Counted from the stretch's first letter, positions 51,701-64,000 are shown. The stretch is DNA of 64,000 nt from Chiloscyllium plagiosum (GCF_004010195.1 NC_057718.1:102372120-102436119), one strand, 5' to 3'. The notes: a model not told the origin generated them from the sequence alone. Numbers and translations: made by a program.

Positions 51701-53242
51701 CATGTAAATACATGGGGTTGTTGTTGTATTAGAGCAGGAGATGTTCGAACCATGCAGCAATACTGAGGAGCAGAGAAGATGGAGGTGAAGAGGGAACCTG
51801 AAGCAAAGGGAGGTCGGTAAGAATCTGGGTACTGACTGAGTGCTGAATTAAACAACTGGCGGGAGATATCAAACTAAGGTCTAAATAATCCTCACATTTC
51901 TTCAGTTCAGGTGGGTGGTCATTGATCTCCACTGATGCTTCCTGGCCTGCTGACCTCTTGTTTTTATATCAAACCACGACCTTTTCTACTTCGCTGGAGA
52001 TGTAAATACTTCCATTCTCCAAGAAGGGCAAAGATTTAGCAAGTGTGAAAGAACAGAGAGGCAAAGGCAGAGTATCAGAGTGAAGTGGCAGTGATGAGGA
52101 TAAGGGAGGAAGAGAGCTCCCATGAACTTGAGAGAATAGTGTAAAGAGGGTCTTCATGTCACCATGGCAACGTCTCAACAATTTTGAAACAAACTCAACA
52201 ATTATTTTAGTAGCACAGATGTCCATTACAGGTTTGGAGTATCTTCTCAAGAAAACCATTCTTACAACTACCCTCTTTAAGGACAAGGGCAACAGATACA
52301 TAGGAGCACCCCACATTCCCTACTCCTTGTAATTCCCCCTCTGAGCCACATACCATCCTAACTTGGAAATGTATCACCATTTTTTCAAAGTCAAAATTCA
52401 GAATGCCTTTCATAACCGCACCCTGAGTGTCCTTAACACCTCAAGGACTGCAGCGGTCCAAGAAGGCAGCTCACCTCCACCTTCTCAAGGGGCAATTAAG
52501 GATGGGCAATAAATGACATTCACATCCTGTGAATGAACTCTTGAAAATCTTCACTACAAACCTACACAGGTGATTGAATCAAAAACAGAAACTGCTGGGA
52601 AAACTCAGCAGGTTTGGCAGCATCTGTTGAGAGAAAACAGACTGAAGGGTTGTGAAGAAGGGTCATTGGACCCAAAATGTTGCCTCTGCTTTGTCTCTCT
52701 CCAGATGCTGCCAGATCTGATGAGTTTCCCAGCAATTCCTGTTTTTGTTGCTTGTTTTTTTCTTGTTAGGTGATTGAGTGTTCCATCCACAATTTCTGTT
52801 ATAGCAAGCCTATGTCCCACTGCTGACAGACCTAATATACAACTGAATGCTTCAAGGGTAAGAACTTCAGTGAACGAATTAAAACAGATGAAATGTCCTT
52901 GTTCATTCATAGTTATCATGAAGGAGCAAGCTTGCCTTTGTGAATTTTGGAGGGGGTGCGGAGTTGATCTTAGGGATTGCAGCAATTGTGGCTTTGTGAA
53001 GATTTTGAGAATGCTGAGTGATTAGTGATGGTAAGAGGTTGCTTGGAAAAGATAATTATGAAGAGAATGAAATGCCAGTTACATTTCCGACAAATGTATA
53101 GATCTGTGAAGTGAGAAAATGTCTGAACCTTGATGCATCAATTTTAATATTAAAGTGCACCATGAGGAATCCAGATTCACTCCTTCAATGCATGGACGAG
53201 TAATAATCAGCAGAGAGCAGGGGTGCATGGACAAGGAGTGGA

Positions 53243-53340
53243 CAGAGAGAGAGAGACAGAGAGAGAGAGTGAGAGAGAGTGAGAGAGAGAGAGAGTGTGA
53301 GAGAGTGAGTGTGAGAGAGAGAGTGTGTGTGTGTGCGTGC
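53243..53340. repeat. (GA)n/(GT)n microsatellite
   Basis: Direct inspection. Confidence 0.95.
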
Positions 53341-53940
53341 GCTGATAATAACAGTGGGAGGAGATTGGGAGACAGAACCCATTTGAGTTCATCATGTAGA
53401 ATTTAGAATTTATATGCACTTCACCGAATGAGGGGACCTGTCAAAGGGTTCTTCTGAATGAATTGTTAAAAATCTTTGCTACTAACCTACATATGTGATT
53501 GAATCAAAAACAGAAATTGCTGGGAAAACTCAGCAGGTCTGGCAGCATCTGGGGAGAGAAAGCAGAGTTTTTGAGGGAGGGTCACTGGACTTGAAATGTT
53601 TTGGGTTTGCACTGCTGCCTCACAGTATCAGAGACCCGAGTTTGATTCCAGCCTCGGACAACAGTCTGTGTGGAGTTTGTACATTCTCCCAGTGTCTGCG
53701 TTTGTATCCTCCGGCTGCTCCAGTTTCCGCCCACAGTCCAAAAATGTGCAGATTAGTTTGGCCTGCCAAATTACCCCATAGTGTCCAGGGGTGTGGTGGC
53801 AACATAGGTTAGTCGGTTGTGGGGGGACAATGCAGTGTGTCTGGGTGGGATGCCCTTTGGAGGGTTAAAATGGACTAATTGAGCTGAATGGCCTGCTCCC
53901 ACACTGCAGGGATTCTATGATGCTAACTTCGATTTCTCTC

Positions 53941-53971
53941 AAGCTTTCAGAGTGCTGCTCCTTCGTCAGGT
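53941..53971 (-). ncRNA. Minimal hammerhead ribozyme motif
   Basis: Minus strand reads CUGACGA-a-GGAG cagca CUCU-GAAA-GCUU. An inverted partner copy (CUGAGGA...AAAAGCUU) lies at 53984-54011 on +. Confidence 0.5.
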
Positions 53972-54924
53972 AGAGTCACTTCACTGAGGAAGGGGCAGCG
54001 CTCAAAAGCTTGTGATTTCAAATAAACCTGTTGAACCTGGTGTCGTGTGACTTCTGACGTTATCTCCCCCAGTCCAACACCGGCACCTCCACATCTTGAT
54101 TTCTCTCCAATGACACTGCCAGACCTGCTGAGCTTTTCCGCAATTTCTGTTTTTGATCTGTCTGCGAAACTACCTAATAGCATAATTATCATGGGATTTT
54201 CAGGTTTTTAATCTGTGGGGTCAAAAGGAACCCTGGGTTTCAATACTGCAGCACTGTCCCGAGTGAGTTAGTACAGACACACTGTTTCACATATTCAGCA
54301 GCACACACATTACAACTGACTGTAGCAGTTGCGTGGTTCAGCCTGAACAGAGAAGAGCAGTCTGTGATACAGAGAACCACAGGAATTATGCCATTCACTG
54401 CAACACTGTAAACCCTTGCATCAGCTTCCCCAAGCTGATAAAAAAAAAATCCCATAATGATTAAGTGTATAAACTTGCTGATTGTGGTGAGCTGAATGCA
54501 AGATTATAAATAAAAAGGTGGAAGTCACTCTGAGGACAGCAACTGTCAGGCAGTTAGCTTTCATTTGAGATTTGTTAACTTCCCGGATCATTTGAGAAAT
54601 TGAGAAAGAGAAAGGGAAGTTTCAAAATAACACAGTCAGATTTGGAAAAGGAGGCATCCATTTAAGAAGGGAATCACTTACATTAAATTCATTGCTACCA
54701 TTTTTGCAGCTGATCTATCCACCCTGTTGTAAGGCACCAAGACAACCAAAATTGAAACATCTGACAGATGGCATTGGTCAGGCTCCTTGCACACTGACTC
54801 TGCCAAAGGGCGGTTGTGGTTGTGACATTGTGGAAAGCACGGACCGCTACCTGCCCCACTCGCATTTACAAACAGGATGGCACGTGCAAGGTATAAAGCT
54901 CTTGTAGAAATGGACTCACTGTGG

Positions 54925-55270
54925 AGTCACAGAGTCATGGAGATGTACAGCACAGAAACAAACCCTTCGGTCCTACTCGTCCATGCTGACCAGATATCCT
55001 AACCTAATCTAGTCCCATTTGCCAGCATTTGGTCCATATCCCTCTAAACCTTTCCTATTCATATACCCATCAAGATGCCTTTTAAATGCTGTAATTGTAC
55101 CAGCCTCCACCACTTCCTCTGGCAGCTCAACCCAGAGACACACCACCCACTGCATGAAAACGTTGCCCCTGAGGTGCCTTTTAAATCTTTCCCCTCTCAC
55201 CCTAAACCTATGCCCTTTACTTCTGGACTCCCCCACCACAGAGGAAAGTATTTGTCTATTTATCCTATCC
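54925..55270 (-). mobile_element. CR1 LINE 3' fragment
   Basis: KGHRFRVRGERFKRHLRGNVFMQ..FKRHLDGYMNRKG. Confidence 0.85.
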
Positions 55271-58200
55271 ATTCCCCAGCTTTGTGAAACAGAGGCTAGC
55301 GAATTCAGTCTGAGAATGAGAATGTGGAAGTGCTGGTGTTGGACTGGGATTCTCAAAGTCAGAAGCCACTCGACACCAGGTTACAGTCCAACAGGGTTTA
55401 TTTAAAATCACAAGCTTCTGGAGCGCTGATCCTTCATCAAGTGAAGTGACTTCTGACTCGGGCTGGAGGAGTATCAGTCTGGAAAAGTGTGAGGTGGTGT
55501 TTTTGGGAAAGACTAACTGGACACGGGAATAACTGGCAGAACGCTGGCACCTGTAAAGGAGCAGAGGGACCTTGGACCTGGCCACAGATCCTTTATGGTG
55601 GCTGTGCTAACTCTCCAGATGATCACGAATCCTGGTACTTCAAGGTATTGTCCACCTGCATCAGTATGTGATACTGCACAAGTGTTGCTTGAGATAATTC
55701 CCTGCCACCAATCTCCTCCCCCTTGTCTTTAGACAAACCTAAAGAGCTGCAGATGCCGTATATCAGAAACAAAAACAGAAATTGCTGGAAAAGCTCAGCA
55801 GGTCTGGCAGCATCTGTGGAGAGAAATCAGAGTTAACGTTTTGGGCCTGGTGACCCTTCCTCCGGACTGTGGCTTATAACCTTTGACTCTGATCCTGCAC
55901 ATCGCCGCTTCCCCACTCTGTCTGTAAAATTTTAAGCTGCCTTTAACAATCTGTAGCAACAGCTGATTTCCCATCTCTGAACCAATCAGCTGCATGTAAG
56001 GGGTTTGCTGGCAATCTCCCAGACAGAAAGCAGTGCATCACACAGAATCTGGGATGAGTCCATAAAATACTTTAAGAAGGATTAGGATTTGCCTTAATTT
56101 TGTAAGATTAAGGTTATTTTGTTTTCTTTTTGATTCAAAGCTTTCAATCTTGTACTGTAAAATCATAAATAACGAGGACAGGCAGAAATCCATTGAGCCC
56201 ATCTTTAATGGGCTGGCTCCCTCCAGCACTTCCTGTCTATCTCCACAATCTAATTTAAGACAGAGATAGAAAGGTCCTTGATTAATAAGGGCATCAAGGG
56301 TTACGGGAGAAGGCAGGGGAACAGTGTCGTGAAACATATCAGCCATGATCAAATGGTGGAGCAGACCTCGTAGATTCCCTAGTGTGGAAGCAGACCACTC
56401 AGCCCATCGAATCTACACCAACCCTCCGAAGAACATCCCACCCAGATCCCCCCTATCCTATTCCTGTAACCTTGCATTTTCCAGGGCCAATCCACCCTAA
56501 CCTGCACAATTTTGGCGTATGGGAGGAAACCAGAGCAGGCCGAGGAAACCCACACAGACATGGGAGAACTGCAAACTCCACACAGACAGACAGTTGTCCA
56601 AGGGTGGAATCGAACCCAGGTCCCTGGTGCTGTGAGGCAGCAGTGCTGACCACTGAACCACCATGCTGCAAACCTGATGGACCAAATGGTCCAACTCTTC
56701 TGCTATATGTTATGGTCTAATCTTTTACTCCTCCATTTCTCCTTCTGGAGGATCTGTGCATCTGTGAACTTCAAATCCTAAAGGATTCTAAGAAAGCTTA
56801 ACCTCACATCAGCTCTGCTTCATTCACCTTAAATCTGTCTCTTCTGGCTTTTCAGCCCCTTTATTCTATCCAAGTGTTTCATGATTTTATACAAATCTTA
56901 TCTTAGCTTTCTCTTTGACCCCAGCTTCACCAGTCTATCAATGTAACTATAATCAGTTATTCCTGAGACCTTTATGGTAAATCCCTTCTACACCCTCTTC
57001 CAAGTCTTCACATCCCTCCTAATGCCTAATGCTCAGAATTGGGCATAATTCCTTTCCTTTACATGTTCATAGGATACAGGTATCATTGACTCATCCAAAA
57101 TGTATGTTCCATCCCTAACTGCCCAGGGAGTTACTAGTGCAGTGGTAATGTCACTGGACTAGTGTCTTCCCACTGGGATAGGAGGGGACCTGTGTTTTGT
57201 GTAACTGTAGTTCTATCTCTTCTCCCTGTTTTGGAGGGTTGAGACATGGGTTTTGATTGGATTGATCCATGCTTCTGGGAGAAGCTCAATTGTGGTTTGT
57301 CATGGCCTTTGGCAGGATGACTGACCAGGAGACTCTCCCATTCTTACTGCCTGGTATAAGGGGCATTGGAAGGATTTACAAACAGACAATCAACTTGGTC
57401 ATGTCTCTTGAATGTACCTTCCAAGGCCAACATGGCCAAGGAGGAGTCAAAACGTGTGGCACTGGAAAAGCACAGTAGGTCAGGCAGCATCCCAGGAGCA
57501 GGAGAGCTGACGTTCTGGACACAAGCCCTTCATCAGGATTATGGAAGGGGAAGGGGGCTGAGAGATAAATAGGGGGTTGGGGGTGGGGCTGGGGAGAACG
57601 TAGCTGGGAAGTTGGTAGGTAGATGTAGGTGAGGGGTGATGGTGGTAAGTCGATGGGGAGAATGGAGTGGATAGGAGGGAAGAAAGATGGACAGGTCAGA
57701 TGGGGAGGGTGGGAGCTTCTGGCCCAGAGACAGTGATACTCATCTCTCATTACGATTAGACAGCTTCTTGATGCAGACATTGATTTTCCTTCGCTCTGGA
57801 GTTGTGAATCCTGGAGGTGACTAAACAGTCTGATGCTGATCTGTAGACCTGGTTGTGTGGGAGGAAGTGGGTGTTTGGGTGGGAATGCCTGGGCTTTAGC
57901 ACACTCTTTGCCTCTGGCCTCCTCCTGAGCCTGTCCAAAACACTTAAGACAGCTGGCACCTTCGCGGATGCTCCTGCTCCAGTTCAGACACTTTGACGGC
58001 AAGAGATTTCTAGGAGGCTGGGAAGAGAATGCAGCCCACTGTGCCACCAGCCCTCCTGAACTGTAATTGGATGGAAGACCATAGCCAAGTAGCTTATTTC
58101 ATGTATTCCTCAAACTCCAGATGACATTTAGCAAGATTAGTATTTATCAGCACCAAGTAGCTAAGTTTTTTGCAAGAAGCAGTCAGTGAACGGTCAGACT

Positions 58201-59549
58201 GCACTGTAAAAAGAAGCAAGTGCAAACCACTAACAAACACAACAATGATCAATAGATTAATCAGGGAAACCAAGAAATAACTGCTATCTCATCACAATAA
58301 ATCATCAAACAACAAGAGTATGACCAGAGACCCATTAAAGTCAAAAGCTTTTCCTTCACACAATTCGTACAAAGAGAATGGACAAAAGAATAAAGTCAAG
58401 GTTTATCTCTCTATCTGATCAAATGTGGACATCATTTTTTATTTGGTTCTGCAATTACTGCTCAAAATGTTGAGGACATCAATAAGACTTGGTCAGTCTC
58501 AAGGAGAGAATACTTGCAAATCAAGAAAGTAGCATAAAATATAAAAATGTAGCTGACTTTGCTAGTCAGATGTTATTCGCACATCACCCACCAAGATTCC
58601 AAACATGGCCACAGGGTTCGACCTGAGAAGTTATGTTCCTTCTAATTATTTTCGTGTAAGGTCAGTACATGAGGAAACTTCCGGAGTTGGAAGTCAAGGT
58701 CAGAGTACACAGGATTCAGAGTGACCGGACAGCCTCAAGGGAACATTGTTAATAAGCTGTTGTACTTGTATGTTCTTTGGAAAGCAGAAGTAGACCATTC
58801 AGCCCTTTGAGTCTGCTTTGCCATTCAATAGACTAGAGCTAGATGTTTCAGCCAAACACCATTAGCCTGCATCCTTTCAGGTCTTTAACATTGAGAAGCC
58901 TATTGATCCCTTAAACATGCTCAATGACTGAGCCTCCACAGTCCTCTGGGGCAGAGAATTCCAAACATACACTGCTCTCTGGGTGAAGAAATTCCTCCTC
59001 ATCTCAGCCCTAAACCAACCTGCCCCCACAGTGAGACTGTCCCCGAGAGCATATCAACTAAAGTTAAACTGCAATCGTTGTTTTCCTGACTAGAGCATAC
59101 ACACGGTGGTATAAAGTGAGTTACTAACTTAGGATTGGTGCAGAGAGAATGTACAGGGAAATAAGTATCCGATTGATGTCAGGACTCAAGATCACTTGAC
59201 AGTCATGACTAATAAAACACAAGGCTGGTCTGAGATTCTTAACGACTCAGAGACACTCATTTTTACCAGAATGGAATGCCTAAAAATAGATACACAATCA
59301 ACCAGGACGTGTGTCTCACGTTTGGTTGAAGACCTTTTAACTCATAAAAGTAGTTATGAATGATTGATTAAAGCAAAGTAACAGAAGACTTGAATCAGGA
59401 AATGTTAGCCTTGCATGAGAAAGGATTACCGACTTTGTAAAGACGCTGCTTTCAATAGATCACTATCCCATCTAGATATTGCGAAGGCCATTCTTTATTA
59501 AAACAGGAAACATTCAAACTAGATGGATAACTGTATATAAATAAGGATC

Positions 59550-59853
59550 TATATATATATATATATATATAAATTAGAATGAATACAAATAAAATAGGGA
59601 GAACAGTCACACACACACATATATATATGTGATTGAATATGTATAAACTAGAACGACCATATATAAACTAGAGCGAATGTATATAAACTGACATGAATAT
59701 GTATAAACTAGAATTTATATGCATATAAATGATAATTAATGTAAATACACTTAGGTAATGTATACAATCTAGGATGAATGCAAATAAACTAGGCTGAACA
59801 TATATAAATTAGGACGAGTGTGTGTAAATTAGGGTGAACATATTTATATAAAC
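59550..59853. repeat. (TA)n plus a 20-bp minisatellite
   Basis: Units gtataaactagaacgaccat / atataaactagagcgaatgt / atataaactgacatgaatat / gtataaactagaatttatat ... Confidence 0.8.
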
Positions 59854-62324
59854 ATGGTGATTTATTCACATCTCCCTTGGCCAAAACTAAATCTCCTTCA
59901 TTCCCATGGTAACAGATGACTGCAGCATCATCTTTTATTGAACAAGTCATCCAAAAACATCCAAAAGCAAATCCTCATTCATTTTAGCTCTTGGCAGAGT
60001 GTAGAAATATCCTGGGTTTTTTTTCCCTCCCAGAGTCTTGGTTCTGTACCAGGAGTTCAGGAGGGCAGAATGGCCTGTCCCTGTCTCTAAAAGAGATAAC
60101 CAATCTGATGGTAACTTTCCCTTCAGTTTCACAAGGTCTCTGTAGAGTTCCCATCATTTACAGCTTTCGAGCACATTTCTAAAAATTGTGGTAGATATTC
60201 AAAGTATTGGATTATTCTGAGGACCATTTCCCATTTCCTTTTCAGATGGAGCACTGATTCATTCATACATTTGTCACCAGTTCTTGCCTCCAGTATGAAG
60301 TCTAAGCGCCTTTCTTTGGGCTTCAAACTCCTATTTTCAATCTCACATCAAGGCAGTGCTATTTTCATAACATTTAGTCATAGAGTCACAAAGACATACA
60401 GCACAGAAACAGACCCTTTTGTCCAATTCATCCATGCCAACTAGATATCCTCACTTAACCTAGTCCCATTTGCCAGCACTTGACCCATATCCCTCCAAAT
60501 GCTTCCTATTCATATACCCATCCAGATGCCTTTTAAATGTAGTCATTGTACCAGCCTCCACCACTTCCTTTGGCAGCTTATTTCATACACACACCACCCT
60601 CTAACATAATGAATAGACAGTCCCTCAGGGTTCCTGCAGTCTCTGTTCTACTAGAAGATCAGCAGAAGCACTATGCAAAGGGTGTACTGGTCCACTTTCG
60701 GTCATTAGCACTGGTTCCTGAGGGAAAGGATGGCATGGGGATGTTATGAAGTTATAGCAGGTAGTTAGAGAACATGGTGACACCTGTACTGCTCGCTAGC
60801 CCCCACCCTTCCCTCCAACCCAAGGACATCCTGCTGAGTGACTCCATACCATTCATATATTCACTCAGGAAAAGTGGCCAGTTCAATCACACCCAATCTG
60901 CTGGTCCCTCCTTCACCAGGGAGATGTGGCAGCAGGGGGCACCCAAGCTGGGCACCAATAAGAACCAACTTCCTGAGACTTCTTACTTGTGTAAGTCACG
61001 AGACAAACAGTCAACCATTAGTCAAAGAATCACCTCAATGATTCTTTACACCACCAGAACTCATTGCCTTTAATAAACGACATTCTCTCTGATGTTGATG
61101 TGCAGGTTAAGTGGATTGGCCATGTTAATTTGCCCTGTAGCATCCAGGGATGTGTAGGCTAAGTGGTTAGCTATGGGAAATGCAGAATTACATGGATAGA
61201 GTTGAGGCTTAGGTCTCAGTGGAACACTCTTTGAAGGGTCAATGCAGACTCGATGGGCTGAATGGCCTCTTTCCGTAGTTGTCGATATTCCATAATTCTA
61301 TGAAACTATAGTTTTCCCAACCAGGTACTCTAATATCATTCTGTTTTGGTGACCAGAATACCATCTAAAAAGGGGAGCAGGCTGTCTATGAAATATAGCG
61401 ATAAACCAACAAAGGGTGGAATAAGAGACAAAGATTTGATTCATAAAATTCCCTTCCTGTTGTTTAAAAAGAGAAGAGAGGTTTGGGTAACAGTAAAGTT
61501 TGTCAAATTAACATATTAATAAAAGTATATACAACAAAAAAAAAGGCACTTGGCTGTAGAATAGAGGGTACAATCTGAATCACTAGTTGCACAGGGACTG
61601 AGATGCAGCTAGGAACCAATATTTTGCAAGACTTTAAGCATCGGGGTGAACAGGTTTACCCTCCTGCACTTTGGCGTCCGATTTTCAATGTTTTTGAGAA
61701 CAAAAACTGTTCAAAGGAGACCACTTGGCCAATTGAGTTTGCGTCAACTATTTCAGAGAACAATCCAGTGCACCTCACTCACCTCTGTTCTCTCCCACAT
61801 TTCATTGTACCTTATTCCCCTGCAGGACTGATCTAATTCTCTTCAGAAAGCAGCTGTTGAATGTGAAACCATCACCTCATCAGGGAGCCAATTCCTAACC
61901 ATTCACAAAAACTGTATTCTCTGATCATCTGTTTCTTTCGACTTCACCCACTGCAAAGAATTTTGCTTCATTCAAAATGCTACATGATTTTAAAGGCTCC
62001 TCATTGGAGCACACAAGGGCCAAACAAAAAAATCCCTTTAAGGCAGTAACCAAAAGATACTTTTCATAATCACAAGGGAAATAAAAATCATGGAAATCAA
62101 ACAAAGTAGCCTGAGGAAAGTAAAAGTGTATTAGCATTCATAAAAAATGACCATAAACTGTGTTGTCAGGTTGCAAAAATTGGTTTTCAGGTGAACAGTT
62201 TACAGTTAGAAACAAAGATTTCAGGGTGGCACTGTGGCACAGTAGTTAGGACTGCTGCCTCACAACACCAGGGACCTGGGTTTGATTCCAGACTTGGTCG
62301 TACATGTATTTGTACATGTACTTG

Positions 62325-63432
62325 GATGGACATGTATTTGGAAAAGCAAGGACTGATTCGGGATAGTCAACATGGCTTTGTGCGTGGGAAGTCATGTCTC
62401 ATAAACTTGATTGAGCTTTTTGAAGAAATAACAAAGAAGATTGATGAGGGCAGAGCAGTAGATGTGATCTATATGGACTTCAGTAAGGCGTTTGAGAAGG
62501 TTCCCCATGGGAGACTGATTAGCAAGGTTAGATCTCATGGAATACAGGGAGAACTAGCCACTTGGATACAGAACTGGCTCAAAGGTAGAAGACAGAGGGT
62601 GGTGGTGGAGAGTTNNNNNNNNNNNNNNNNNNNNNNNNNNNNNNNNNNNNNNNNNNNNNNNNNNNNNNNNNNNNNNNNNNNNNNNNNNNNNNNNNNNNNN
62701 NNNNNNNNNNNNNNNNNNNNNNNNNNNNNNNNNNNNNNNNNNNNNNNNNNNNNNNNNNNNNNNNNNNNNNNNNNNNNNNNNNNNNNNNNNNNNNNNNNNN
62801 NNNNNNNNNNNNNNNNNNNNNNNNNNNNNNNNNNNNNNNNNNNNNNNNNNNNNNNNNNNNNNNNNNNNNNNNNNNNNNNNNNNNNNNNNNNNNNNNNNNN
62901 NNNNNNNNNNNNNNNNNNNNNNNNNNNNNNNNNNNNNNNNNNNNNNNNNNNNNNNNNNNNNNNNNNNNNNNNNNNNNNNNNNNNNNNNNNNNNNNNNNNN
63001 NNNNNNNNNNNNNNNNNNNNNNNNNNNNNNNNNNNNNNNNNNNNNNNNNNNNNNNNNNNNNNNNNNNNTTTACAAAATTATGAGGGACATGGATAGGATA
63101 AATAGACAAAGTATTTTCCCTGGGGTCAGGGAGTCCAGAACTAGAGGGCATAGGTTTAGGGTGAGAGGGGAAAGATATAAAAGAGACCTAAGGGGCAACT
63201 TTTTCACACAGAGGGTGGTACATGTATGGAATGAGCTGCCAGAGGATGTGGTGGAGGCTGGTACGACTGCAATATTTAAAAGGCATTTGGATGGGTATAT
63301 GAATAGGAAGGGTTTGGTGGGATATGGGCCTGGTGCTGGTAGGTGGGACTAGATTGGGTTGGGATATCTGGTTGGTATGGACGGGTTGGACTGAAGGGTC
63401 TGTTTCCATGCCGTACGTCTCTATGACTCTCT
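62325..63432 (+). mobile_element. CR1 LINE (RT to 3' end, spanning the N gap) inserted in a V-SINE
   Basis: DSQHGFVRGKSCL..YMDFSKAFEKVPHGRL; the 3' end lies after the gap. SINE head at 62222-62298 and body at 63432-63670. Confidence 0.85.
62615..63067. other. Assembly gap (453 N)
   Basis: Run of N inside a CR1 copy. Confidence 1.
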
Positions 63433-64000
63433 GTGCAGTTTGCACATTCTCCATGTGTCTGCATTTGTTTCGTCCGGGTGCTCCAGTTTCTGCCCACAGT
63501 CCAAAGACGTACAAGCCAAGGTGAGTTGGCCGTGCTAAATTGCCCCATAGTATCACAGGGACATGTAGACTAGGTGGGTTAGCCATGGGGAATGCAGGGT
63601 TACAGGGATGGTTTGGATCTGGGTGGGTTGCTCTTCAGAGGGTCAGTGTGGACTCGATGAGTCAAATAGCCAATGACACGTATCCTTGTTGACCGTGTCA
63701 TTTATTTTTTAAGTATTCCATTCTGGTAAAAATGAGTGTCTCTGAGTCGTTAAGAATCTCAGATACAGCCTTGTGTTTTATGAGTCATGACTGTCACTCC
63801 CTATATTTCCATGATGCTGACAGTTCTGCAGCTTGTTCTTTTTTTAAAATGATAATCCTAGAAAGAACACCCAACGGGCAAGTAACCTAGAGTCCTGACA
63901 TCAATCAGATGCTTATTTCACTGTATGTTCTCTCTGCCCCATTCCCTAGTTAGTAACTCACTTTATACCACCATGTGTATGCTCTATTCAGAAAAATAAT

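Larger units (their letters stand above)
59077..64000. repeat. Inverted duplication: 59077-59315 vs 63675-64000 (runs off the window)
   Basis: The arms align along their length, including an identical 49-mer tctgagattcttaacgactcagagacactcatttttaccagaatggaat. Confidence 0.9.

Noticed and set aside
54676..54701. Minus-strand ATG with perfect GTAAGT donor as PLEK exon 1
   Set aside because: Encodes MVAMNL in phase 2, incompatible with the phase-0 exon 2 and unlike the pleckstrin N-terminus.
57376..58047. 223-aa minus-strand ORF
   Set aside because: About half is PLE-derived G-rich repeat read antisense; there is no domain signal and the start is GTG.
58605..58655. + strand MATGFDLRSYVPSNYFR|GTAAGG with a good Kozak context
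   Set aside because: No recognisable homology (not the CNRIP1 N-terminus) and no downstream exon found.
61775..61806. Minus-strand MKMWERTE|GTGAGT as PLEK exon 1
   Set aside because: Phase fits, but there is no similarity to the PH beta-1 strand (EGYLVKK) and it lies in a decayed repeat tail.
62191..63151. 301-aa and 190-aa ORFs
   Set aside because: Artefacts of reading through the N gap within a CR1 and SINE.

Overview
Eukaryotic, repeat-rich vertebrate DNA. It is very likely from a shark or other elasmobranch, inferred from the HE1/V-SINE and HER1-type CR1 content. There are two convergent protein-coding genes. FBXO48 (+) has two coding exons, 1406-1708 and 7616-7777, giving 154 aa. Pleckstrin PLEK (-) has coding exons 2-9 between 44864 and 27117; exon 1 was not found in the window. 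This is the same PLEK-FBXO48 neighbourhood known from mammals. The rest is mostly decayed CR1 LINEs, tRNA-derived SINEs, an RTE fragment, microsatellites and a 453-nt N gap. The most notable non-gene signal is roughly 15-20 short Penelope-like element ends, often in inverted pairs. They carry minimal hammerhead-ribozyme cores (CUGANGA..stem II..GAAA plus palindromic ACGU/AGCU plus H) whose stems covary between families. One pair forms a perfect 104-bp hairpin in the PLEK 3' UTR. Decayed Penelope RT and GIY-YIG fragments are also present, as is a ~240-320 bp inverted duplication at 59077-59315 / 63675-64000. All calls are by eye; no database searches were run, and repeat boundaries are approximate.
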